A stretch of 64,000 nt of DNA from an uncultured Candidatus Babeliaceae bacterium (GCA_963704655.1 OY969927.1:576001-640000); one strand, 5' to 3'; positions 43,665 through 52,132 are shown, numbered from the stretch's first letter. Numbers and translations: made by a program. Notes: generated from the letters alone by a model not told the origin.

Positions 43665-44165
43665 ATGAAAAAACTTATTATGTTCACAAGCCTTTTATCG
43701 GTAAGTTCATTAATGATAGCAAAATCGACAGTGCCAACACCGCTAAAACCAGCGATAGTAGGTAAAGTTTACAGCACTTGCCAGCTCAAGCAATTGGAAA
43801 ATGCTGATAAACTCTGCGAACAAGGGAAGTTACTCGCCGCAGCGAAAGCGTTAGAAAATTTAAGCGTCGAAAAAAAGCATAAAAATAAGAAATTAAGAGA
43901 AATAGCGTCTGTGAAGTTATATTTGCTACGTAATGATGTTCGATATGTAGAACAAAAAGATTTAGAAAACAAAAAAATTGCTTCTCAGAGCAAGCAACTC
44001 TTGGGAAAATTAAATAAAGCACATGAGCTCGAACTTCAAGGCAAATATTCTAAAGCCGCTACACTTTATAAAGAACTCTCGCATGCGCCAAAACTTCACA
44101 TGGCAATACGAAACTCGGCAAGTCAGTTCCTAAATGAAATGCGCCAATCCGGACAAATTAAGTAA
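43665..44165 (+). CDS. Small secreted TPR-like protein (paralogue of 45855)
   Basis: MKKLI signal; ADKL...G.LLAAA, QGKYSKAATLYKEL. Confidence 0.7.
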   Translation: MKKLIMFTSLLSVSSLMIAKSTVPTPLKPAIVGKVYSTCQLKQLENADKLCEQGKLLAAAKALENLSVEKKHKNKKLREIASVKLYLLRNDVRYVEQKDLENKKIASQSKQLLGKLNKAHELELQGKYSKAATLYKELSHAPKLHMAIRNSASQFLNEMRQSGQIK

Positions 44166-44176
44166 TTTGAAACAAG

Positions 44177-44205
44177 AAAAGCCCCGAGAAATTCGGGGCT
44201 TTTTT
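44177..44205. terminator. Terminator, AAAAGCCCCGA family
   Basis: AAAAGCCCCGAGAAATTCGGGGCTTTTTT. Confidence 0.85.
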
Positions 44206-44252
44206 ATTATAATAACTACGCCAATACACCTATGAATAAATAAAAAAAGCTA

Positions 44253-44282
44253 TTGCCTCTTTAATATATTTTCACTTATACT
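44253..44282 (+). promoter_or_regulatory. Sigma70-like promoter of repeated leader
   Basis: TTGCCT-N18-TATACT; same layout at 46393, 46967 and 47518. Confidence 0.65.
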
Positions 44283-44321
44283 TAAAGTGCTAGGTATAAC
44301 AAATAAATATTAGGTGAATTT

Positions 44322-44702
44322 ATGAAAAACAAATTAATTATTTTAATGGGCCTTTTGAGCCTCAGTGTTCTCAATGCATCACAAGAACCCATTACCGTGG
44401 CATCGATCGCAGCTGCAAATAGACAATTTTTTTTGGGGAATCAACTCAGAAAAGCCGAAAACAGCACAACAAAAAAAGATGCACAAAAAATTGAAAAAAA
44501 AGAAAAACAACAAATAAAAGAAGCAAATCGCTTGACAGAGAGATTAGAGTCGGCAGATGAAAAACGCAAGAAGCATAAATATCCAGAAGCTGCCGCAATA
44601 TACCTAGAACTTAGTAGTAATTCTCAAGCCGCTTTCCATGTCATAACAGGCTTGGCCGCCCTGCACCTAAAAGAGATGCGTGATGCGGAACAAATTAAAT
44701 AA
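44322..44702 (+). CDS. Small secreted protein (MKNKL leader, TPR-like C-terminus)
   Basis: MKNKLIILMGLLSLSVLNA; KYPEAAAIYLEL...EMRDAEQIK resembles the end of the 43665 protein. Confidence 0.7.
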   Translation: MKNKLIILMGLLSLSVLNASQEPITVASIAAANRQFFLGNQLRKAENSTTKKDAQKIEKKEKQQIKEANRLTERLESADEKRKKHKYPEAAAIYLELSSNSQAAFHVITGLAALHLKEMRDAEQIK

Positions 44703-44734
44703 AAAAAGCCCCGAGAAATTCGGGGATTTTTTTT
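44701..44734. terminator. Bidirectional terminator, AAAAGCCCCGA family
   Basis: AAAAAAAGCCCCGAGAAATTCGGGGATTTTTTTT between convergent genes. Confidence 0.8.
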
Positions 44735-44751
44735 GCATTGTAAAAACCTGA

Positions 44752-45693
44752 TTATTTCTTCACGCTATTTTTCCAAAAGAAATTACTTGGCTTCTGGTTA
44801 TTTGGCCCCTCAAAATCAACAGGGTACAATATCCCTTTGTTTACGTGGTAATTTGGAGCGCTATTGTCCCATAAATTAGCATAATTTTTTACGATCTCAA
44901 ACTGACGTTTCATTTCAGGATCTTTCATGATCTCAGTATCATAAATGCTCCCTACAGCCCCAGCTATTGCACCACCAATGTTTTCTTCCACAATAACATA
45001 GTTGCCATCGCTTACTTCAGTCGGTCTGCCTGGAATATGAACTACATACATTTTTGGTAATCTAATGCGATCGAGGTTATATTTTTCAATTGCCTCTTTT
45101 ACCATTAACCAATAGGGCATACGGCTAATTGTTTGATACGTTTTCGGACCATAATCTTTAATAAATGCATCTAACTTCGCTTGCGGAAAATAGCGATCCT
45201 GATTGTCTGCGCCCATTTCATGTAATATATTTCCTCGCCTATTCCAATAACCAGCCGATTTTATCAACAAATCATCACCTAAACGTATCGTAAAATTTTG
45301 TATCATTGGATTTATACCCTGTGGCACTGCAGCCACTTGAATCCCCGCACGAGCTAAAGCTTGTCGCATTGCTTCAAAAAATAAGAGGTCCTGCGGCATA
45401 ATTTGATTAAAATTTATAGCATATGGAGCATGATTAGAAAAAGGTATTTTAGTATAATAGCTCTCACCAGAAAAGATGTATGCAAAATCAGGTTTCTGAG
45501 CAAAGAAATTCTGTACTTTTTGCTCGATATCTTGAGGAACCTTCGGGGCCAATTCTAAGATGTTCTCAGGCGTCATTGCCTGCCCATTATAGGTATAACT
45601 ACAATGAATATCGTTTGATTCTGCCGCGGCAAGATAACCAGGCAGCATTGCCGCCACTATTACAAGCAGCTGACTTATAGGTAAAATCTTCAT
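44752..45693 (-). CDS. Secreted protein with protein-kinase-like motifs
   Basis: Signal peptide; LLIK, RLPKMY, YVIVEENIGG, D-x4-N (DNSAPN), VDFE. Confidence 0.6.
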   Translation of the reverse strand: MKILPISQLLVIVAAMLPGYLAAAESNDIHCSYTYNGQAMTPENILELAPKVPQDIEQKVQNFFAQKPDFAYIFSGESYYTKIPFSNHAPYAINFNQIMPQDLLFFEAMRQALARAGIQVAAVPQGINPMIQNFTIRLGDDLLIKSAGYWNRRGNILHEMGADNQDRYFPQAKLDAFIKDYGPKTYQTISRMPYWLMVKEAIEKYNLDRIRLPKMYVVHIPGRPTEVSDGNYVIVEENIGGAIAGAVGSIYDTEIMKDPEMKRQFEIVKNYANLWDNSAPNYHVNKGILYPVDFEGPNNQKPSNFFWKNSVKK

Positions 45694-45854
45694 ACACTAT
45701 CTCCATTACTATTAATTATTTAACTTATTATTTTAATTATAATTGACAAATAGAAAATAAGGCAACAGAGTGGATTAAAAATGCAAATTTTGTGATAATT
45801 TTGCTATAATTTAAGGGATCAGAGGCGCATTAACCAAATCAAAACAGGAGATTC

Positions 45855-46349
45855 ATGAAAAAACTTATTCTTATTATGAGCTTATTATCTTTTTGCTCAT
45901 TACTTATAGCCAGAGCACCGGTTACTTTATTACCAAAGCCAACTATAATAGCTAAAAGTTGGAATGATTTATGGCGCAAAGAATTATACAAAGCTGATAA
46001 ATTACGCAAAAATGGAGATTTACTTGCCGCAGCTGAAGCTTATAAAGCATTAAGCGCAAATAGACAGCATAGAGATGAAGAGATAAGTTCTCAAGCGTTA
46101 AAGCGATTAAATCAATTACTTAACAATCCTGATTATTGGGAACAAAAAGAGTTAAAAGACAAAAAACATGCTGAAGAAGGCAAGCGGCTCATGGAAAAAT
46201 TTCAGAGCGCAGATACACTCAGGCAACAAGGCAAATATGCAAAAGCAGCCGCACTGTATGAAGAATTACAAAATGCGCCGTATCCTCACTACTGGGCACA
46301 AAGCTGGGCCTCTCGTCTTTTAGAAGAGATGCGTAAGTCCAAACTATAA
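45855..46349 (+). CDS. Small secreted TPR-like protein (paralogue of 43665)
   Basis: ADKLRKNGDLLAAA, QGKYAKAAALYEEL. Confidence 0.7.
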   Translation: MKKLILIMSLLSFCSLLIARAPVTLLPKPTIIAKSWNDLWRKELYKADKLRKNGDLLAAAEAYKALSANRQHRDEEISSQALKRLNQLLNNPDYWEQKELKDKKHAEEGKRLMEKFQSADTLRQQGKYAKAAALYEELQNAPYPHYWAQSWASRLLEEMRKSKL

Positions 46350-46392
46350 TATCCCCACCGACGGCACATCACAAAATAAACACACAAAACTA

Positions 46393-46422
46393 TTGCTTTT
46401 CAAGCATTATTATAACTATACT
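46393..46422 (+). promoter_or_regulatory. Sigma70-like promoter of repeated leader
   Basis: TTGCTT-N18-TATACT. Confidence 0.6.
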
Positions 46423-46470
46423 TAATGATATAGGTATAATAATAACCAAATAACTGTATTAGGAGAATTA

Positions 46471-46746
46471 ATGAAAAACAAATTAATGATTTTAGCTGGC
46501 CTTTTTAGCTTAAGCGCTCTCAATGCAATGGAACCAGTTGCCCATGAAAGAAAAGCGATGCTAGAAGCAGTTACTTTAGCTAATTTAGAAGACATCATCC
46601 AACAAGCCCAAGCGCTTAAAGAACTTGTAAAGCGTACTGATGAACTTCCTAGGTCAATTGCAGATGAAATAGATGCAGCCAGAAGTATGTTGGAGCGTCA
46701 AGTTGACTTGTTGCAATCAACGGCTAACCGGTATCCAAAGAATTAA
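46471..46746 (+). CDS. Small secreted helical protein (paralogue of 47596)
   Basis: MKNKLMILAGL leader; LVK.TD.LP...ANRYPKN. Confidence 0.72.
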   Translation: MKNKLMILAGLFSLSALNAMEPVAHERKAMLEAVTLANLEDIIQQAQALKELVKRTDELPRSIADEIDAARSMLERQVDLLQSTANRYPKN

Positions 46747-46749
46747 GTA

Positions 46750-46793
46750 AAAAGCCCCGACCCTTCGACAAGCTCAGGATGATCGGGGCTTTT
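46750..46793. terminator. AAAAGCCCCGA-family terminator with REP family A element in its loop
   Basis: AAAAGCCCCGA-[CCCTTCGACAAGCTCAGGATGA]-TCGGGGCTTTT. Confidence 0.8.
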
Positions 46794-46827
46794 CTTTGAA
46801 CTTATTTATTAGATGGATCCTAAAACC

Positions 46828-46920
46828 GCTAACCCTTCGACCCGTCTTCGCCAAGGCTACGCCGGGCAAGCAAGCCTTTAGTGCTGAGCCTGACGAAGCA
46901 TCAGGATGATCGGGGCTTTT
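46828..46920. repeat. Triple-nested REP-like element
   Basis: GCTAACCCTTCGA-[family B, 46841-46870]-CAAGC-[reverse family A, 46876-46900]-TCAGGATGA. Confidence 0.8.
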
Positions 46921-46966
46921 TACTATAATATCCGCACCAACACACCTATAAATATAAAAAAAGCTA

Positions 46967-46996
46967 TTGCCTCTTTAATATATTTTAACTTATACT
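46967..46996 (+). promoter_or_regulatory. Sigma70-like promoter of repeated leader
   Basis: TTGCCT-N18-TATACT, near identical to 44253. Confidence 0.65.
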
Positions 46997-47035
46997 TAAA
47001 GCGCTAAGTATAACAAATAAATAGTAGGTGAATTT

Positions 47036-47431
47036 ATGAAAAATAAATTAATGATTTTAATGGGTATTTTGGGCCTCAGTATCCTTAATGCAATTGAGCA
47101 CCTTGGAACTGTATATGAACCCATGTCAGCAGAGCATAAAGATTTTTTGAAACGGCAAGATTATCGTGAAATATTAAACCCTCATAGTGACACTTATGAA
47201 ATGAGCTTATCTCAGCTTTTAAGAAATGCGGATATGCTATCTGGTCGAAGCACCATGCGAGAAGGCGGAAGAGTCGTGCGTCCTACTTTAACAGCCGAAG
47301 ATCAACAAATTGCTCGAAACATATACGACTTTGTACTTTCTTCGCCTCAAGATACTATAACTTTCCCTACCATACATTGGGCAACAGAAGGGCTTGAGCA
47401 TTTAAATTCACGTACACGTACTTTGAATTAG
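47036..47431 (+). CDS. Small secreted protein (MKNKL leader, distinct payload)
   Basis: MKNKLMILMGILGLSILNA then a largely different mature region. Confidence 0.7.
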   Translation: MKNKLMILMGILGLSILNAIEHLGTVYEPMSAEHKDFLKRQDYREILNPHSDTYEMSLSQLLRNADMLSGRSTMREGGRVVRPTLTAEDQQIARNIYDFVLSSPQDTITFPTIHWATEGLEHLNSRTRTLN

Positions 47432-47517
47432 AAGATTGAGCAACTTAAAGAATTAACCAAATTTACTATAATATCCGCGCTAGCAGCGCACAGATAAAAT
47501 AAACAATACAAAAATCA

Positions 47518-47547
47518 TTGATTTATGATCATTATTTTAACTATACT
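47518..47547 (+). promoter_or_regulatory. Sigma70-like promoter of repeated leader
   Basis: TTGATT-N18-TATACT. Confidence 0.6.
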
Positions 47548-47595
47548 TAAAGATATAGATGCAATAATAACCAAATAACTGTATTAGGATAACTT

Positions 47596-47883
47596 ATGAA
47601 AAACAAATTAATGATTTTAGCTGGCCTTTTGAGCCTCAGTGTTCTTACTGCAATGGAACCATTACCCGAGCATGAGGCCAAAGTCGATTATGAAAATAGG
47701 GTATTACAAAAAATAGCCGAAATGGAAGACAATGCTCGAACACTTAGAGATCTTGTAAAGATTACTGATCGGCTTCCTAATGAAGTTGAAAATACATTGT
47801 ATACATTAGGGCAAATCAATGAAAAACTTGGATACCACATAAATAGGGTAAAAGAGTCTGCTAACCGATATCCAAAGAACTAA
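47596..47883 (+). CDS. Small secreted helical protein (paralogue of 46471)
   Basis: MKNKLMILAGL leader; ends ANRYPKN. Confidence 0.72.
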   Translation: MKNKLMILAGLLSLSVLTAMEPLPEHEAKVDYENRVLQKIAEMEDNARTLRDLVKITDRLPNEVENTLYTLGQINEKLGYHINRVKESANRYPKN

Positions 47884-47912
47884 AAAAAAGCCCCGAGAAA
47901 TACGGGGCTTTT
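47882..47912. terminator. Bidirectional terminator, AAAAGCCCCGA family
   Basis: AAAAAAAAGCCCCGAGAAATACGGGGCTTTT. Confidence 0.8.
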
Positions 47913-47928
47913 CTTTGATATTTGTTAA

Positions 47929-47972
47929 ATCCCTCGATACTTTCCCCTCCGGGGAACACTCGGGATGAGCGG
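47929..47972. repeat. REP-like family A variant with extended loop
   Basis: ATCCC-TCGA-[TACTTTCCCCTCCGGGGAACA]-CTC-GGGAT-GAGCGG next to the rplM stop. Confidence 0.7.
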
Positions 47973-47973
47973 G

Positions 47974-48405
47974 TTAGGCCGCTTTTGTAACTTGTGCTTG
48001 ATGTGGATGTTCCGCACCAGCATAAACTTTTAATTTTTTGATAACTGCATCAGCAAGTTTAGTTTTAGGAAGCATGCCTTTAACAGCCTTCATAATAATT
48101 TCTTCTGGTTTGCGCGCCATCATCTGTTCAGCAGTAAGGGATTTAAGACCGCCCATATAGCCGGTATACCACTCATAGGTTTTACCTTTTAATTTGTTAC
48201 CGGTAAATACCACTTTATTAGCGTTAACTACAATAACATAGTCGCCTGAATCAGCATGCGGTGTATATTGCGCAGTGTCTTTGCCACGTAAAATATCAGC
48301 AATCTCAGTCGCAAGACGGCCTACAATTTTACCTTTAGCATCAATAACACGCCATTTAGGGGTATGTTTTTCACTACGAAGAAAAAACGTTTTATTCATA
48401 TCCAT
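47974..48405 (-). CDS. rplM: 50S ribosomal protein L13
   Basis: W.VIDA...GRLA...LRGK, YTPH.D.GDYVIV, KGMLPK, HPHQAQ; likely start MDMNKT. Confidence 0.97.
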   Translation of the reverse strand: MDMNKTFFLRSEKHTPKWRVIDAKGKIVGRLATEIADILRGKDTAQYTPHADSGDYVIVVNANKVVFTGNKLKGKTYEWYTGYMGGLKSLTAEQMMARKPEEIIMKAVKGMLPKTKLADAVIKKLKVYAGAEHPHQAQVTKAA

Positions 48406-48563
48406 ATTAAGTACCTTAGAAAATAGTGCGCTCAGCGCATTATAGTGTGTTAAAAACACACCGCTTATGTTATACTGCTTAAAAACTTACGTGGGTATTA
48501 CTCACTGTATTAAAAAATAGCCATTCAGTCAACTACAAATAGAACTTTCCCTAAAGGGTTTTT

Positions 48564-50168
48564 ATGTCATATTCTTGGTTAACCGTGCTCCCACCCATAA
48601 TAGTAATTGTGGTAACTATCATAACCCGCAGTGTCATTATATCCCTTGCAAGCGGGGTTTTAACAGCAGCTGCCATAGCAACAAACTTTAACCCCATTGC
48701 AGCAATAAGCTTAGCTGTTCAAAGAATTATAGAAGAAACCCATATCGCCGGAATTTTTACCGGCACCCAGCTTGACCATGTCTATACCTTTAGCTTTTTA
48801 GTATTGCTGGGCGTACTTATTCAGCTCATGAACCACTCAGGCGGCATTCGCGCCTATACCAATTTTTTATTACGGTTTATAAAAAGCCCCCGGGCCGCAC
48901 AGCAAACGTCGCTAGCCCTTTCAAGCACCCTTTTTATCGACGATTATGTCAATAACCTCACCGTTGGTGCTATCATGCGCCCGGTGACCGACCACTTTAA
49001 GATAGCTCGGGCAAAACTTGCCTTCTTGCTGGATTCTATGAGCGGCCCCCTGTGTATGCTTATCCCAGCAAGCAGCTGGGTTGCCTTTATTTTGGCGCAA
49101 ATGCAAGCGTCAGGGATATCGCCCCAAGGAACTGTCGGATCGTTGATTAATGACGATCCTTTATTTGTCTATTTTGCCTGTATCCCCTTTTTACTGTACC
49201 CGATTCTTATCGTTTCAGTTGCATGGCTCACAGTATATTTTGGATTTTCTTATGGTGCCATGGCCGATTTTGAAAAGATGGCCCAACAGACGGGAAATCT
49301 TTATGGCGGAAAAACGCCTCTTCATGCTACCCAAATTACAGAACAATTTAATGGAACCTTATTTGATTTTATATTACCCATTACCACGTTTATTGGCTGC
49401 TTTATTATAGCGGTGCTCTATTCTGGCAAAAGTAAGCTACTTGGTGGAAATGCAAGCTTTATGCAAACACTTCAGCAAGCTGATCCATTTTGGTCACTTT
49501 TTATTGCAAGTGTGATTGCCGTTTGCTTAACTATTGCCCTTTTTATCTATCACAACCCTGCCCAAATACGTTATGTTAATACGGCATTTTTTAATGGCTT
49601 TATGTTCATGAAAAATTCGTTACTTGTTTTATTACTTGCCTGGACGCTGAGCACGTTACTTAAAAGTGATCTTCAAACAGGAACCTATTTGGCATCTCTG
49701 TTGCCAGCCGATCTTTCTGTCTCATACCTACCGGTTATCATCTTTATCTTATGCACGGTAATTGCAGCGTCTACCGGATCGGTATGGGGAACCATTGCGC
49801 TGATGCTGCCAATTACGATTCCACTTTATTACGATATCGCATTTACATCGCCGACGTTTTTAAATAATCTTTACCCACTGCTTGGTGCACTCTTTTCTGG
49901 CTCTGTTGCAGGCAGCCACTTTTCACCGATTAGTGACGCTATGATTATGACGTCATTTTCTGCAGGCTGTTATCATCTGGACCATGTTCGAACGCAGATA
50001 AGCTATGCATCAAATGCATTAATTGGTTCTTTGGCTGGCTTTCTTATTATCAGCATATTACCAACATCGCTCTCTTATGGCCTAACACTTGGTATAAGTC
50101 TATTCACCGCATTTTTTGTAACGATAAGTTTACTCATTATTCGTGCTACATTTACCAAAAAACAATAA
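48564..50168 (+). CDS. NhaC/ion-transporter superfamily membrane protein
   Basis: FIDDY.N.L.VG, KLAFLLDS, TGS.WGT, H.SPISD, DHVRTQ. Confidence 0.85.
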   Translation: MSYSWLTVLPPIIVIVVTIITRSVIISLASGVLTAAAIATNFNPIAAISLAVQRIIEETHIAGIFTGTQLDHVYTFSFLVLLGVLIQLMNHSGGIRAYTNFLLRFIKSPRAAQQTSLALSSTLFIDDYVNNLTVGAIMRPVTDHFKIARAKLAFLLDSMSGPLCMLIPASSWVAFILAQMQASGISPQGTVGSLINDDPLFVYFACIPFLLYPILIVSVAWLTVYFGFSYGAMADFEKMAQQTGNLYGGKTPLHATQITEQFNGTLFDFILPITTFIGCFIIAVLYSGKSKLLGGNASFMQTLQQADPFWSLFIASVIAVCLTIALFIYHNPAQIRYVNTAFFNGFMFMKNSLLVLLLAWTLSTLLKSDLQTGTYLASLLPADLSVSYLPVIIFILCTVIAASTGSVWGTIALMLPITIPLYYDIAFTSPTFLNNLYPLLGALFSGSVAGSHFSPISDAMIMTSFSAGCYHLDHVRTQISYASNALIGSLAGFLIISILPTSLSYGLTLGISLFTAFFVTISLLIIRATFTKKQ

Positions 50169-50238
50169 CCATTGCTTTTAATTATCTTTTTTTATTACGC
50201 TGATAACTATGAAAATAGTTTATTAACGGGGTACAAAG

Positions 50239-50664
50239 ATGATAAAAAAACTAACATTTTTATTATTGTGCATGAATACACAAATCTTTACGTGTGAAAA
50301 AGCAGAGAAAGAAAGAGCTTTAACACTTCAAATTAAAAATCTATTAAGTGCCGGTGAAATGCCTAAAGAACCATTTAAACATTGGTGCAAGTTACACTTG
50401 AATACATTTAAAGAATCTAAGCATGAGCCCTTACAAACAATAGGTTTGACCTTAGAGCAAATACTTGCTGGCAGTATACCTAACCCACTGAGAGTCTTGG
50501 ACGAATTTAAAGAAGCAGCTAAAGTACATCATGATAATGTAGATATAAACACTGAAAAATTACCTTACATGCTCACTGAAGGGACAAAGTGGTATTTTAA
50601 AGATAGTTGGTTTTTTTCTTTATTCACAAGATCAAAAGGAAATGGGGATACGCATGAAAAATAA
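50239..50664 (+). CDS. Secreted hypothetical protein (paralogue of 50654)
   Basis: Signal peptide; IKNLL..G.MP...F..W...H...GTKWYF. Confidence 0.68.
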   Translation: MIKKLTFLLLCMNTQIFTCEKAEKERALTLQIKNLLSAGEMPKEPFKHWCKLHLNTFKESKHEPLQTIGLTLEQILAGSIPNPLRVLDEFKEAAKVHHDNVDINTEKLPYMLTEGTKWYFKDSWFFSLFTRSKGNGDTHEK

Positions 50665-51118
50665 ACTTTTATTATTTTATAGCTTACCAATACTATTTAT
50701 TTCTAATGACCTTAACTGTCCAATCAAATCGAAAAATAGCGTAAGCACTGCAAGCAAAAATACGCAAGCCACGTTACCAAAAAATGCACAAACTAATTCG
50801 CAAGAAGCTGTTATTATCGACGAGATAAAATCGCTTTTAGCCCATGGCAAAGTACCGAGTTTAAGCTTTAATGAATGGGTCGATACGCACACACCCATTT
50901 TATTAAAATCAGATAAGGATGCCGTCAAAAAACTAGGCGAAACCTTACAAGCAATACGCAAAGGGGACACTGCAAAAATAAGCGCCTTTAAAGTTCTTCC
51001 AAATTTTGAAAAAGCCGTACAAGAGTACGACTCAAAATTCCGCATCAGCATGCTTTCAAAGCCGATAATTATCGCAAAAGGGACCTACTGGTATTTCTCT
51101 GCGCCTAAGAAAAAATAG
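50654..51118 (+). CDS. Secreted hypothetical protein (paralogue of 50239)
   Basis: IKSLL..G.VP...F..W...H...GTYWYF; start MKNKLL. Confidence 0.68.
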   Translation: MKNKLLLFYSLPILFISNDLNCPIKSKNSVSTASKNTQATLPKNAQTNSQEAVIIDEIKSLLAHGKVPSLSFNEWVDTHTPILLKSDKDAVKKLGETLQAIRKGDTAKISAFKVLPNFEKAVQEYDSKFRISMLSKPIIIAKGTYWYFSAPKKK

Positions 51119-51206
51119 TAATAATTATAAAAAAATCTCGACTTACTAAGAGTTGATGTTCTACTTTAAGTATAAATCTTCTAGAACTTTTACGTTAAGG
51201 GCCTTT

Positions 51207-51581
51207 ATGGAACTCAAATATCTTGTTGCCATTGCAGTATTTTTTTTACTAAATAACAATTTACAGGGGATGAACATCCTCCAAACAGCCGGTGCATACG
51301 CTAAAACCCCAGCGGCCATAGCAGGCGCGGTTGGCATAGTCTATGCAACCCCAATAGCTACAAAACTCACTCTTGCTGGACTCCATAAACTGTTTACAAA
51401 AACAAATATGGCTATTCAAACTCAATGTGAAAAGATGGAGATGGGGGATGCCGCAGCGTTTATACAAAACTACCAAAACGTAATAGATGGTATGAATAAT
51501 GATTATTTCACCGTTGGCGCATCGGCTCTTGCTACATATCTTGCTCTTCTTGGCTATATTATTGCAGTATGTCCTCGATAA
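51207..51581 (+). CDS. Hypothetical exported/membrane protein
   Basis: Signal peptide plus two hydrophobic segments; AAGGG RBS before 51207. Confidence 0.6.
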   Translation: MELKYLVAIAVFFLLNNNLQGMNILQTAGAYAKTPAAIAGAVGIVYATPIATKLTLAGLHKLFTKTNMAIQTQCEKMEMGDAAAFIQNYQNVIDGMNNDYFTVGASALATYLALLGYIIAVCPR

Positions 51582-51590
51582 TAAAAAAAT

Positions 51591-51614
51591 AAGGGGCTTT
51601 TTCAAGCCCCTTTT
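51591..51614. terminator. Bidirectional terminator
   Basis: AAGGGGCTT...AAGCCCCTTTT between convergent genes. Confidence 0.75.
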
Positions 51615-51647
51615 GTTTCTTATTTATAATGCGCATTGGCGCACTAT

Positions 51648-52115
51648 TTATTCGTACTCTTGATTACTCTCACTGTCCTGATCATCAATAAATGCTTGTT
51701 GTAATGCTTGCTGCGCTTGCGCGTCAGCTTGTCTTTTTAGCCTGCTAACCACTGCAAGTAAGACAATTTCAGCACCTAACGCTACTATAGTCACAGGAAG
51801 AACCAGCTGGCGCATCGTTTCAATATATTGGAAATACCCGGTACGCATAACGCGATTAAAACTAGAGATACCTGACTCACTCACATCCAAGTAGTTTTTA
51901 TATACATTAAGTAGATCCGTAAATAATTTATTAGATTCAGGATTGTTCCAGGTTTGGTAAATCTGATAAATGCCATAGCCAGCTAAACTGACACCGACTA
52001 CCTGCGCTGCTGTTTCTATTTTTTCAACATGCGTTTCAACAGGTTCCTGCTCAACTTCAGCTGCAAAAACTGGTAAAAATACAAGGGAAAAAAATAATAC
52101 TAATTTTTTCATCAT
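51648..52115 (-). CDS. Hypothetical exported/membrane protein
   Basis: MKKLVLFF signal plus two hydrophobic segments, acidic tail. Confidence 0.62.
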   Translation of the reverse strand: MMKKLVLFFSLVFLPVFAAEVEQEPVETHVEKIETAAQVVGVSLAGYGIYQIYQTWNNPESNKLFTDLLNVYKNYLDVSESGISSFNRVMRTGYFQYIETMRQLVLPVTIVALGAEIVLLAVVSRLKRQADAQAQQALQQAFIDDQDSESNQEYE

Positions 52116-52132
52116 AAACTTTCGTGTTTTAT

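Noticed and set aside
46750-46920. CRISPR array
   Set aside because: Repeats are nested or dispersed hairpins without regular unique spacers; no cas genes
43501-47972. Integron cassette array
   Set aside because: No integrase in the window, no attC RYYYAAC/GTTRRRY cores recognised, and the units carry their own promoters and terminators
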